Of a stretch of DNA of 64,000 bases, positions 13,075-24,424 are shown piece after piece. The notes under the pieces are model-generated. The model saw only the letters and a list, made by a program, of their open reading frames with translations, made no database searches and had not been told where the DNA came from. The translations under genes and the position numbers were made by a program. How positions within the stretch are numbered: the stretch's first letter is position 1; each line of letters begins with the position of its first letter. This DNA comes from Octopus sinensis (taxonomy: Eukaryota). The DNA lies in contig NC_043007.1 in NCBI RefSeq assembly GCF_006345805.1, positions 30,814,001 through 30,878,000 of the forward strand, written 5' to 3'.

Positions 13075-14170
13075 TGTTAGGTGCCATGTCCATAATATAG
13101 GACACAGGCGACCATGTCCATAAAATAGGACACAGGTGATCATTTCCTGTCACGGTTCTCTCTTCTTTGTTTTCTCTAACAGTTTCCACTTCCCGATGTT
13201 CAATGCCTTTTCCAACCAATTCTTCAAGCCTCACATCCATACCATCCTTCTCCACACCATCCTTCTCCACACCATTCTTCTCCATACCATCCTTCTCCAC
13301 ACCATTCTTCTCCATACCATTCTTCTCCACACCATCCTTCTCCACACCATCCTTCTCCACACCATTCTTCTCCACACCATTCTTCTCCATACCATCCTTC
13401 TCCACACCATTCTTCTCCATACCATCCTTCTCCACACCATTCTTCTCCATACCATTCTTCTCCACACCATCCTTCTCCATACCATTCTTCTCCATACCAT
13501 CCTTCTCCATACCATCCTTCTCCATACCATTCTTCTCCACACCATCCTTCTCCACACCATCCTTCTCCACACCATTCTTCTCCACACCATTCTTCTCCAT
13601 ACCATCCTTCTCCACACCATTCTTCTCCATACCATCCTTCTCCACACCATTCTTCTCCATACCATTCTTCTCCACACCATCCTTCTCCATACCATTCTTC
13701 TCCATACCATCCTTCTCCATACCATTCTTCTCCACACCATCCTTCTCCATACCATTCTTCTCCACACCATCCTTCTCCATACCATCCTTCTCCATACCAT
13801 CCTTCCCCTTCCTCTGCTTCTTTCCCCTTCAGTCTTCCTGGTCATCACTAAATTCTCCCTGGGCCCTCTTTCCTCATCACACAACCAAGAAACCTCAGAT
13901 GCCTGGCCCTTATCTCACAAAGCAGTTCCCTATTTACCACAACCCAGGTCGTCACTTCTTCATCAGACACATCGTCTGTCCAGGCCATCCTCAATATTCT
14001 CCTCAAGAACCACAGTTCACACTTCTCCAAGACCCTGCTCATTTCTGATGCCAGAGACCATTCCTCACTTCCGTACATTAACACAAGGTAGACATAGCAG
14101 TTCAGTCTACGCATATCTAGGACTACACAATTTAATGTGGTCATTTAGTCCGAGTCAAACCTGATCTAGA
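13075..14170 (-). mobile_element. RTE-clade LINE 3' fragment (RT C-terminus), decayed
   Basis: Translation LMYGSEEWSL...LEKCELWFLRRILRMAWTDDVSDEEV...RHLRFLGCVMRKEG, then ENLVMTRKTEGERSRGRGR, typical of the RTE thumb and C-terminus; duplicated terminal segment cctgtgtcctat-ttatggacatgg. Confidence 0.8.
13240..13806. repeat. 15-bp minisatellite (ACCATYCTTCTCCAY)x~37-38
   Basis: Direct reading of the array; only two variable positions per unit. Confidence 0.97.
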
Positions 14171-14767
14171 AGACCTCGGAAATTCTAAGTGGTCCCTTAA
14201 ACTGTTAGAAACAGCAGCCAAATCACTTTTAAATACTTACACTCTTAAAAATACACTGAGCCTGTATTGGTTAATGTAGCAGACAGGCTGGTCATGGTTG
14301 GAAAGTTTTCAATAATAACTCTACTCCTTCACAATGACCTGATACTGCAAAACAACTTTAACAATGACAAATAATCAGGTATTATGTGGGGTGGGTGAGG
14401 TGGATGATGTCAAGTGATTTCATTAACGTTATCATTATACTAGATAATTAAAAAGAAAAAGAAAACTGTGGGCCAGGAACCAGCGTGCCGTGTCGAGATA
14501 TCTAAATGTATTTTTAAAATATTATCTCGCGAGACGGCATAGTTTGAACTTGTCAAACTCGATTTTTCATATTTATTGACGTGAACAACATTGGAATTAA
14601 TGTTAGACTAATAAACACACACACACACGTATGTATGTGTGTGTGTGTGTTTATATATATATGTAGATAGATGGGTGTGTATCTGCGTGACTAGACAAAT
14701 ATGGGCGCGAGCATATATGTGTTAAAATATATATAATTATTGTTGGTACGTACGTACGTATGTATGT

Positions 14768-14975
14768 AAAGTTAATCCAAACATGAAAACACAAAGAGAA
14801 AACGCAACAACGCGAGGACGTGGAACAAATATAGTATTATTGGACGCTCAGGAAGGAAGGGAAGAAGGAGGGTTTAACGTTTCGAGCGGAGCTCTTCGTC
14901 GGAAACATAGGAAAAGGAAAGATCCAGAGAAGGGAAGACGGAGGGAAAGAAATCGCCAACGGTACACACGCGGTC
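14768..14975 (-). mobile_element. ~205-bp ORF-less element with hammerhead-like motif (Penelope pLTR-like)
   Basis: Closely matches 47360-47561; contains the 14872-14906 motif; flanked by (GTAT)n-type microsatellites. Confidence 0.7.
14872..14906 (-). ncRNA. minimal type-I hammerhead ribozyme-like motif
   Basis: Minus strand GUUU-CCGACGA-A-GAGC(UCC)GCUC-GAAA-CG-UU-AAAC: stem I GUUU/AAAC, stem II GAGC/GCUC, palindromic ACGU stem III; core has U4C. Confidence 0.6.
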
Positions 14976-15124
14976 ACATTTTGAATGTATGTATGTATGT
15001 ATGTATGTATGTATGTATGTATGTATGTACGTACGTGTGCATGTATATGCGTATACTCGTATATGTACGCCAGCATGTACGTATGAAGCCCTGCAGTTAC
15101 GCGTGTCCAGCTGTCTAAAATATT

Positions 15125-15330
15125 GATTTCAAATTTTGGCACAAGGCCAGCAATTTGGGCGAAGTGGATAAATCGATTACACCGACTCCAGTTTTCATCT
15201 GGTAGTTATTTTATCGATCTCTAAAGGATGAAAGTCAAAGTCTACAGCGGCGGAATTTGAACTCAGAACGTATAGACGGACGAAATGCCGATAAGTATTA
15301 TGCCTGGTATGCTAACGATACTGCCAGCTA
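15125..15330 (-). mobile_element. SINE family B
   Basis: Reverse complement of the family B core: ggatgaaagtcaaagtctacagcggcggaatttgaactcagaacgta. Confidence 0.8.
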
Positions 15331-15499
15331 GCTACTAAAATAACAGAAACGCAAATAACCACTCCGAAAACCGATTCGATAATCGCAATAAATACTTCCA
15401 ACGATTTAGTCTACCAATTCTTATCTTACCAAAAAACACAGTTTAAGAATTCAGAATTGACATCAAATAATTCGAACAACAGTCCGACCTCAGTTGGAC

Positions 15500-18400
15500 A
15501 TTCCAGCAATGGCCCTCACACACGGCGTAGATGGAACAAACAAGTCAATGCTGTGGTCATGGAGTGTTACTACCTGAGCAACCCCGTAGACGAAAATGGT
15601 GTTCATCTTAGGGGATACCGATAACGTATGATCAATGGAGAGAAATTGAATTGTTTCAATTCACGGAACAGAGATTATGTGATCAAGCTAGAGTAATAAG
15701 AAAAAATCGTTGGTTCACAGAAGTAGAACTCGAAGCTATCAAAAGACGGGTTTTGGAAAACAGCAGCAGAGGAAAAGATGAAAATACAGTTCTTATTGAT
15801 AAAAGCAACCTCTTAGCAGAAAACAGGTGAGATCTCTAATAAATCACAGGAAAGGAACCGTGATAGCTTGCTCGATGAGAGGCATATAGATGGTTTGGAA
15901 GAAGACAATAAAACTAGTGGTGATATGACAGAGGAGCAAAAGACAATCTACGACAGAATAAAGGCAAGGCTACAAGAGAACGATAGCGACATTATTTGCA
16001 ACCTTAAAAAGGTTAATCGGTAGAAATTGAGCCAAGAAACGAAAAATGAGAATGAAATTCTGAAATACATCAGAACAAACAACATCACAGAAACAAATAA
16101 TTTGATCAAGGCAGCATGTATTGCTGTAGCAGAAAACGTGGAAGTTGATGTGAAGAAAAAGAAACATAATGGGAGTGATGAAAGAAAAGATCCATGGTGG
16201 AAAAGAAGAATCCAGGCAGGGTTAGACATGCTCTTGAAGGAAATCTCTGTGTTAGACCGAAAAGAGAAGGGGGAGCCTAGAAGCGAACAAAAATACAGGG
16301 CGCTGAAAAGGAAGTAAAATATTGAAAGAAAGGGCCTGAAAGCAGTAGTGGAGGAACTGAAACAGCGCCTCGTTGCAAAGAAAGCAAAGATGGTAAGATA
16401 CGACCAAAGAATGAAGGGTTACCACCAGAATAGGTTATTCAGAGTAGATCAGAAGAGGTTCTATAAAGAAATAAATGGAGAGTGTACAGATGAAAAGTTG
16501 ATGCCAGATAACATCGAAAGTCAAGTATTTTGGAGTGACATCTGGAGCAAAGACAAGGAGCACAAGAAGGATGCTGAATGGTTGCAAGAACTGAAACTAA
16601 CAGTAGTCTGTCCAAAACAGGCAGAACAAGTCATTTCAGTTAGAGAAGAGAAGGAAATCAGCAACAAAAACAAATGGGTAACTGGAAGGCCCCGGGATCA
16701 GATGGAGTTCAAGGCTACTGGATCTGGATGGAAGCACTCCGTCGGTTACGACGACGAGGGTTCCGGTTGATCCGAATCAACGGAACAGCCTGCTCGTGAA
16801 ATTAACGTGTAAGTGGCTGAGCACTCCACAGACACGTGTACCCTTAACGTAGTTCTCGGGGATATTCAACGTGACACAGAGAGTGACAAGGCCGGCCCTT
16901 TGAAATACAGGTACAACAGAAACAGGCAGTAAGAGTGAGAGAAGTTGTGGTGAAAGAGTACAGCAGGGATCACCCCCCCCCCCCTTGCCGGAGCCTCGTG
17001 GAGCTTTAGGTGTTTTCGCTCAATAAACACTCACAACGCCCGGTCTGGGAATCGAAACAGCGATCCTATGACCGCGAGTCCGCTGCCCTAACCACTGGGC
17101 CATTGCGCCTCCCTACTGGATCTAAAGATTTGAGGAACGCCTTGTTAAATGCCGACCAAGTAATATCAGAGTGGTTGACATTTGGTAGGACAGTGCTGTG
17201 CCTGAAAAAACATCGAAAAAGACAATACGGTAGACAATTATGGGCCGATATCCTGTTTGCCATTTATGTGGAAATTATTGATTGGAATACTCGCAGAATC
17301 AATGTACGAACATTGGGGGGGGGGAATGGAGTCCTGGCACATGAGCAGAAGGGGTGCAAGCGTAAGTGCATAGGTACCAAGGATCCTGATATACAAAACT
17401 GTACTTAGAGACTGCCAGAGGAGGAAAAGTAACTTAGCCATGTCATGGATCGACTATCGTAAGGCGTACGATATGATCCCACATTCTTGGATTATGGAAT
17501 GATTGAACCTATTTGGTATTGCATCGAATGTTGAGAGATTGCTTGGAAAAAGTATGGCGAAGTGGAGGACGGAACTGACAACATATGGAAGAAGTCTAGG
17601 GACAAAAGAAATCAGGAAAGGCATCTCCCAAGGGGACTGCCTGTCCCTGCTGATCTTTGTACTGTGCTTGATACCACTAACATTGATTCTGAGGAAAGCA
17701 AAAGCTGGGTATGTATTCAAAAGCCGCCAACAAAAAGTCAACCATTTATTATTCATGGATGACCTCAAACTTTATGGTAAAGATGAAGCCCAAGTCAGTT
17801 CCTTCGTTGATACGGTGTATACTTTCAGTGCTGATATCAGAATGGAGTTCAGACTGAGAAAGTGTGGTGTGTTAGAATTGAAGAGAGGCAAAATCAAATG
17901 TATGGATGGACTAATGATACGGTCGGGGGAGGTTCTGAAGCAGATAGAAGAGACGGGCTATAAGTACTTGGGAATTTGGGAAATGAATAAATTGATGGAG
18001 AAAGAAATGACAGAAAAATTTAAGGTGGAGTACTTGCGCAGACTGAGACTGATCCTTAAGTTGAAATTAAACGGACAGAATATGATTGAAGCTACCAACA
18101 CCTGGGTGATTCCACTCCTTAGATATGGAGCAGGGGTAATTGCATGGACAGTAGATGAGCTAAACAGCTTAGACTGAAAGACAAGGAAGTTGCTGACGAG
18201 ATATGGGACACTCCATCCAAAACGTAACACAGTCAAGCTGTATGTACTATGAAAACGAGGGGGAAGAGGACTGATTGGATGCGAACACAGCATTAGAGCA
18301 GAAGAAAACAACATAGTAGGGTATGTAAAAAAATGCCACAGAACTGCTATTAATAGAAGTAAGAAGATCAGGCTTGTGTAGAATAAAAGATTGCAAAGAT

Positions 18401-18555
18401 AAAGCACTGTACAAGAAATTGAAAATGAATGAAACTGAAAATAGGAGGATAAAGAAAGGAATGCATGGACAATTTCATAGGGATGTTGAAGATAAGACTG
18501 AGAAAAAAGATGGCTGTGGATGACTAAAAGAGATTTAAAACTGGAAACGGAGGCT
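15500..18555 (+). mobile_element. R4/Dong-like non-LTR retrotransposon, decayed and 3'-truncated
   Basis: N-terminal RWNKQVNAVVMECYY...[15 protein letters not shown]; QNRLFRVDQKRFYKEI...FWSDIWS; RT GISQGDCLS...HLLFMDDLKLY; RGGRGLIG, GMHGQFHRD and LKLETEALICAA; multiple stops and frameshifts; interrupted by a SINE at 16726-17112. Confidence 0.8.
16726..17112 (-). mobile_element. young tRNA-headed SINE (group C1) with 11-bp TSD
   Basis: Head ggaggcgcaatggcccagtggttagggcagcgg...gtttcgattcc; TSD ctactggatct at 16715-16725 and 17113-17123. Confidence 0.92.
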
Positions 18556-19859
18556 CTAATCTGTGCTGCTCTAACCTTCTTCTTCTTCTTCTTCTTCTTC
18601 TTCTTCTTCTTCTTCTTCTCTTCTTCTTCTTCTTCTTCTTCATATTATTATTGCTGTTATTGTTACACAGCAGAGAATGCCATAATTGCTACAAAAGTTA
18701 CGCAGTCAAAAATGTCTTCCGCCATTTCTCCTCTTCCATTTCGCATCCTGGCTTCCGGTTCTAATTTCACTTCATCTAATCAAGATCTGCTTCATTATGA
18801 ATGGTCGATGTAATCAGTCCAGCCACAAGTGTGGCCTTCTATCGAAGATTAGACACCATGACTCAAAGACGAATTTCAAAACGATAATTCTCTATTGTCA
18901 TTGCCGGAAGTTTTTCCAGTAAAAGCGAAACATAACCGCCATAAGATGATACTAAAAGAATCGTGTTTACCAAAAATAAACCTGGTGACCATTTGGTGAG
19001 AGATGCGGAAGAATGGACAGACGACAGAGATATAAATGTGTGTGTGTGTGTGTGTGTGTGTAAGGAAGAAGTGAGTCGGGTAAAAGTGTTGAATAAATTA
19101 GTTTAATAATCAGTAATTATTTATTAGTAATTAATACATCAGTCGCTAATTAATAGTTATCATCTCTCATCAAGATCATTAATATTAATTGTAATTATAA
19201 ATATGTTACAGGCAAAGGAAGAAGGAAGTGAAGTAAACGAGTTTCGCTCGATGTGTGCGTTTGTGTGTGTGTGTGAGAGAGTATGTGTGTATGTGTATGA
19301 CTGTGTGTGTTTGTGTGTCAGTCTGTGTGTGTGTGTGTGTGCGTGTGTGTCTGTATGTGTGTGTGCGTGAGAGAGAGAGTGAGTGTGTGTGTCCTGTATG
19401 TGTGAGAGTGAGAGATAATAAGAGAGAGTGTGTGTGTGTTTGTGTGTGTACTGATCGATTGCTCAATAGTTTTGTGTATTTATTACACTTTTATACAAAA
19501 AGGCGTGTGTCAGTTACTTCTAATTAAAATACCTGTAAAACTCTGTGGTGTGTGTCGAGGCTTGGCTCTGACAAGACGCTCTTGTTTTCCTCCTTTGTAA
19601 CTAACTATAAATTGCCCTTCATGGAGACATTGGACAAACTTATGAAAAATAGTTTTCCAGTTCTCTCCCTTAGATCAATTTTTCACAAAAGGAATAAGTT
19701 GTCTCCCTTGATTGTTAAACCACTTTTATCAATCGACCACGAAAACTATGGAGTTGTGGTCTGTCTGACAGTCTTTCCCTTCGATAGAAACAATAGTCGT
19801 AGCTTCCGGAAATCACACTCTACCGCATTTGCATTACTTGACAGGAACTTTATTTGACC

Positions 19860-19995
19860 GACTCTGAAGGGACGAAAGGTAAAGTCGACTTCAGCGGGAT
19901 TTGAACTCAGAATGTAAAGAGCAGTGAACTTTGGTGTTTGGCTACCAGTAGTAAGTGGTTGGGGGGAATAAGTCGATCTCACGCACCTTATTATC
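19860..19995 (-). mobile_element. SINE family B, partial
   Basis: gacgaaaggtaaagtcgacttcagcgggatttgaactcagaatgtaaag. Confidence 0.7.
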
Positions 19996-20124
19996 CAAAA
20001 TTGAGCGCGCGCGCATGCGTGTGCGTGTGTGTGTGTATACACACATATATATAATATACATTTATATATATATATACAGACACCACACATATATATACAT
20101 ATATCATATATATTATATATATAT

Positions 20125-20171
<47 letters not shown>

Positions 20172-20254
20172 CTCTATATATATATATTTGTAAAAATGAA
20201 GTTCGAAAATGCTGCTATAGTACACAAATTTAAAATTTTTATATATGCATTATA

Positions 20255-20289
20255 ACATGTTTCGGTCTTGAGAACCTTATCAAAAAAAG
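20255..20289 (-). ncRNA. minimal type-I hammerhead ribozyme-like motif (U3-A8 core)
   Basis: Minus strand UUUU-UUGAUAA-GGU(UCUCAAG)ACC-GAAA-CAUG-UU-AUAA; palindromic ACAUGU stem III; stem I imperfect. Confidence 0.5.
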
Positions 20290-20821
20290 TATATATACAA
20301 AAAGATAGTTCATGCTATCAAATATAAAAAATTCATTTATAATATACAGTAGAGTCAGACATCAAAAGTTCATATATCGTGAAGTGAGTTCGTTCATGCT
20401 ATATGTTTAGAGAGTATGATGTAGTGGTTCATAGTGGTGATATGCATTCAATATAAAAAATAGATCAAAGTGGTGATATGCAGTCATATAAAAAATTGGT
20501 GTTCCTGAAAGAGCGAGGAATTCATTTAGATTTTACCTTGAGTAACTGTGATGACTTTTGGTCGGTGTTCGCTGGATCGTTCTGGCGAACCTTGTGAATT
20601 GTTTGGGTTTTATATCACCTGTTAGGTGGCCAGTCCAGCGTAACGTGACGTCATCACCGTTTTGACACAATCGTTTCTTTAGGTGGCTTAGTCAAGCAGA
20701 ACGGGACGTCATCAATATTCCGACCAATCCCGACCTATAGCTGTATTAGATCTGCCCCTTGTCTGTACCCTGTTTTGACCAATCGTTTCGTTAGGTGGCT
20801 TAGTCAAGCAGAACGGGACGT

Positions 20822-20876
<55 letters not shown>

Positions 20877-21051
20877 TATATAGGACAGATATATATATAC
20901 TGTTATTTTAAGCCAGCAGAAAATCAACAAACCTGTTACCCAGGTTTTGTTATAATTTTTATGCTGCTTTAAATAAAAGCGATTTACTCTACCACTGGTA
21001 TTTGGTACTAACGTTTTTCCACCTGTGTTTCACATCTTATTTGTTTACTCC

Positions 21052-21088
<37 letters not shown>

Positions 21089-21106
21089 TATACTATAGAT
21101 ATATAT

Positions 21107-21173
<67 letters not shown>

Positions 21174-21215
21174 ACATATATATATATATATATTATACTA
21201 TATATATATATATAG

Positions 21216-21246
<31 letters not shown>

Positions 21247-21414
21247 ATATATATATATATATATTATATATAGTATATATATATTAATGCAGACATATAC
21301 ATATGAATGTATGGATATGTATATATATATGCACACAAGCATACAGACATATACATACATAGATGCACAAACGTGTATATATGTATGTGTGTGTGTTATG
21401 CTTTGTTTTTATGG

Positions 21415-21445
<31 letters not shown>

Positions 21446-22047
21446 CATGAGGCTGTATATGAATGTTGTTGTTATTGCTGACAGTGACAGCGTCGGAAAA
21501 ATATTTTTGAAGTCGGCCTAAGCAACCGAAATGTCATATACACACACACACACACACATTTACGCACACGCACGCACTCACACACACATACATATACACA
21601 CACACACGCACGCAAACACACACACACACATACAAAACCACATCCCTCGCCCCCCACAAGCCAAACCACTAACATAACCGTCGGTAGGTAATACCATAAT
21701 GATCCAATGGTTGACTGTTGGCATTTAAACATTCAAAGAGCCAGGAATTCCTGTTGTCCAACACAGCCAAAGAGACGGTGAGCTGTTTAGGGAGAACCAA
21801 CACTTGTCAGGTGCCTCTAGAATCGTGCTTCTACCTTCAGTTTGGTCCCATATCAACCAGTTCAGGTTTCCCTATCATAAATAACAACCGTATTATGGTT
21901 CTGTCGGCATTAGCGTAGCTTGAGCGTGTGCCGCCTGGGGTGCGAATTTTTTTTTTCCCCACGAGAGTTCCGGACCCCAGTAGTGAACTCATTTGCATGC
22001 AGCCAATCAGAGCTCACTTTGACCTTGTTGTCAAGTTAACAAACACA

Positions 22048-22147
22048 NNNNNNNNNNNNNNNNNNNNNNNNNNNNNNNNNNNNNNNNNNNNNNNNNNNNN
22101 NNNNNNNNNNNNNNNNNNNNNNNNNNNNNNNNNNNNNNNNNNNNNNN
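22048..22147. other. assembly gap (100 N)
   Basis: Run of N. Confidence 0.99.
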
Positions 22148-22746
22148 GTGAATTATTCTATTGCGATGTCAAATAAATTCGTTCGTTTTTTGTTTGTTTG
22201 TTTTTTTTCTTTGTTGTTTTTCTGCTTGGTATTTCATTGTCATATGTTTGGAAAATGGTAAAATTTATTCAGCTTTTCAAAACGATAAACTAAATTTGTA
22301 GAAGAATAGAGCTAGAAAAATATATCAAAACTAACGATAAAAATATTTTTTGTGATAATTTAAGTAAAATTGGAAAGAAATAAACGAATTTATCTGATAA
22401 CTAAATGCATTCAACATAACTCAAGATTGTCGTTTGGTGGGACGGAGAGATTTGACTGCTATTTTTAACAAAGTAAGTGACCATGTAGAGATTCCCTTGT
22501 TAAGGGAATCTATTCTTGGTCTTGTAGTGGTTTAACTCTAGCACCACCACTACCATCACCACCTTGGTCATCTCTGATTCAGGTGACCCACGGTACAAAG
22601 GTATTCTTTTGCACGCTAAGACAGCCATTTTGTTGGTTTACAGTCAAACAAGGAGCACCACTTGCTCTCTATATGTGTGTGTGCATGAGTGTGTGTATGT
22701 GTATGTATGTATATTTATGTATGTATATGTATTGTATGTATATATA

Positions 22747-22778
<32 letters not shown>

Positions 22779-22780
22779 AT

Positions 22781-22812
<32 letters not shown>

Positions 22813-22824
22813 ATATTTATATAT

Positions 22825-23567
22825 GGGTAAAATAAGAAAAGTCAACGAAAATGCATATTGCAGGTATAAAAAGACTATTTATGATAGATATTGACAAAAA
22901 TATACATTTAGAGTATTACGAGTCAAAAAAGTAATTATTATTGATGGTTATAAGAAGTTAATAATAATAATAATAATAAGGCAGGAGTGGCTGTGTGGTA
23001 AGTAGCTTGCTTACCAACCACATGGTTCGGGGTTCAGTCCCATTGGGTGGCACCTTGGGCAAGTGTCTTCTACTGTAGCCTCGGGCCGACCAAAGCCTTG
23101 TGAGTGGATTTGGTAGACGGAAACTGAAAGAAGCCCGTTGTATATATGTATATATGTGCGTGTGTGTATATGTTTGTGTGTCTGTGTCTGTCCCCCTAGC
23201 ATTGCTTGACAACCGATGCTGGTGTGTTTATGTCCCCGTCACTTAGCGGTTCGGCAAAAAGAGACCGATAGAATAAGTACTGGGCTTACAAAGAATAAGT
23301 CCCGGGGTCGAGTTGCTCGATTAAAGGTGGTGCTCCAGCATGGCCGCAGTCAAATGACTGAAACAAGTAAAAGAGTAAAAGAGAGTATAGAGTAAGGTTT
23401 CAGTCCCTTACCTTATTATTATTATTATTATTAACTTATTATAATCACCAATAATAATTACCTTTTTGACTCGTAATACTCTAAATGTATATTTTTGTCA
23501 CTACCTATCATAAATAGTCTTTTTATACCTGCAATATGCATTTTCGTTGACTATTCTTATTTTACCC
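22825..23567. mobile_element. fold-back MITE with ~150-bp arms, SINE inserted at its centre
   Basis: gggtaaaataagaaaagtcaacgaaaatgcatattgcagg... (22825-~22975) is the inverse of ~23414-23567; central AAT/ATT tracts flank a SINE. Confidence 0.8.
22980..23388 (+). mobile_element. full-length SINE family A (CORE-like)
   Basis: tRNA-like head gcaggagtggctgtgtggtaag...gggttcagtccc; accttgggcaagt CORE-like motif; aagtaaaagagtaaaagag tail. Octopus OR-type SINEs are known CORE-SINEs; exact family name not verified. Confidence 0.9.
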
Positions 23568-23620
23568 TTACACTTCCACGTGTATTTTTTTTTTAAACAT
23601 ATTTCTACTATATATATATG

Positions 23621-23691
<71 letters not shown>

Positions 23692-23709
23692 GCCTGCACA
23701 CACACACAC

Positions 23710-23970
23710 ACGTGTGGCTTTGTGGTCAACTGCGAGATCGTGGGTTCGATTCCCAGACCGGGCGTTGCATTGTGTTCTTGAGCAAAGCACTTCATTTCCC
23801 GTTGTTGTGCGATCATTTTGGCACATGGGGCACCTGTACAGGTAATGTCAAATCTGATGGAAGGAGTGAGCTTATGTCTACACAAACATTTGATCAGTAT
23901 AAACGAATCATCTGCGTAGTCGTTCGGTAAGAAACTGCATCGTCGTCTAACGATGGCAGAGTCCAAGGTA
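23710..23970 (+). mobile_element. SINE group C variant
   Basis: gggttcgattcccagaccgggcgttgcattgtgttcttgagcaaagcacttc...ctaacgatggcagagtcca; collinear with 6119-6420. Confidence 0.75.
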
Positions 23971-24229
23971 GATATGCATCTTTTCTTCTGTCTCTTTCTC
24001 TCCCTCTCCCCCCTCTCTCTCTCCTTCTTTCTTTCTCGCTCTCAGACGAAGGCGTGAATGAAGTTACGAACCTCTTCTGTAATTTCCCTCTGTTCCGCAT
24101 AAATCTTTCTTCCACAAAACAGACGATAGCACTGTAGCGTCCAACGTAGCGACGGGCGAAATACCTATTTCTTTACTACCCACAAGGGGCTAAACACAGA
24201 GGGGACAAACAAGGACAGGCAAACGGATT

Positions 24230-24385
24230 AAGTCGAATACCAGTGCGTAACTGGTATTTATTTAATCGACCCCGAAAGGATGAAAGGCAAAGTCGACCTC
24301 GGCGGAATTTGAACTCACAACGTAACGGCAGACGAAATACCGCTAAGCATTTCGCCCGGCGTGCAAACGTTTCTGCCATCTCGCT
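24230..24385 (-). mobile_element. SINE family B
   Basis: cgaccccgaaaggatgaaaggcaaagtcgacctcggcggaatttgaactc...gcatttcgcccggcgtgc. Confidence 0.85.
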
Positions 24386-24424
24386 GCCGTCTGCGCCTAT
24401 ACATATATACATACACACACATGC

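Noticed and set aside
13067-14164. Four long repetitive ORFs (217-342 aa)
   Set aside because: Open only because the 15-bp unit lacks stops; flanks are decayed RTE sequence.
22980-23060. SINE heads as functional tRNA genes
   Set aside because: Promoter boxes are present but there is no full cloverleaf, and they continue into SINE bodies.
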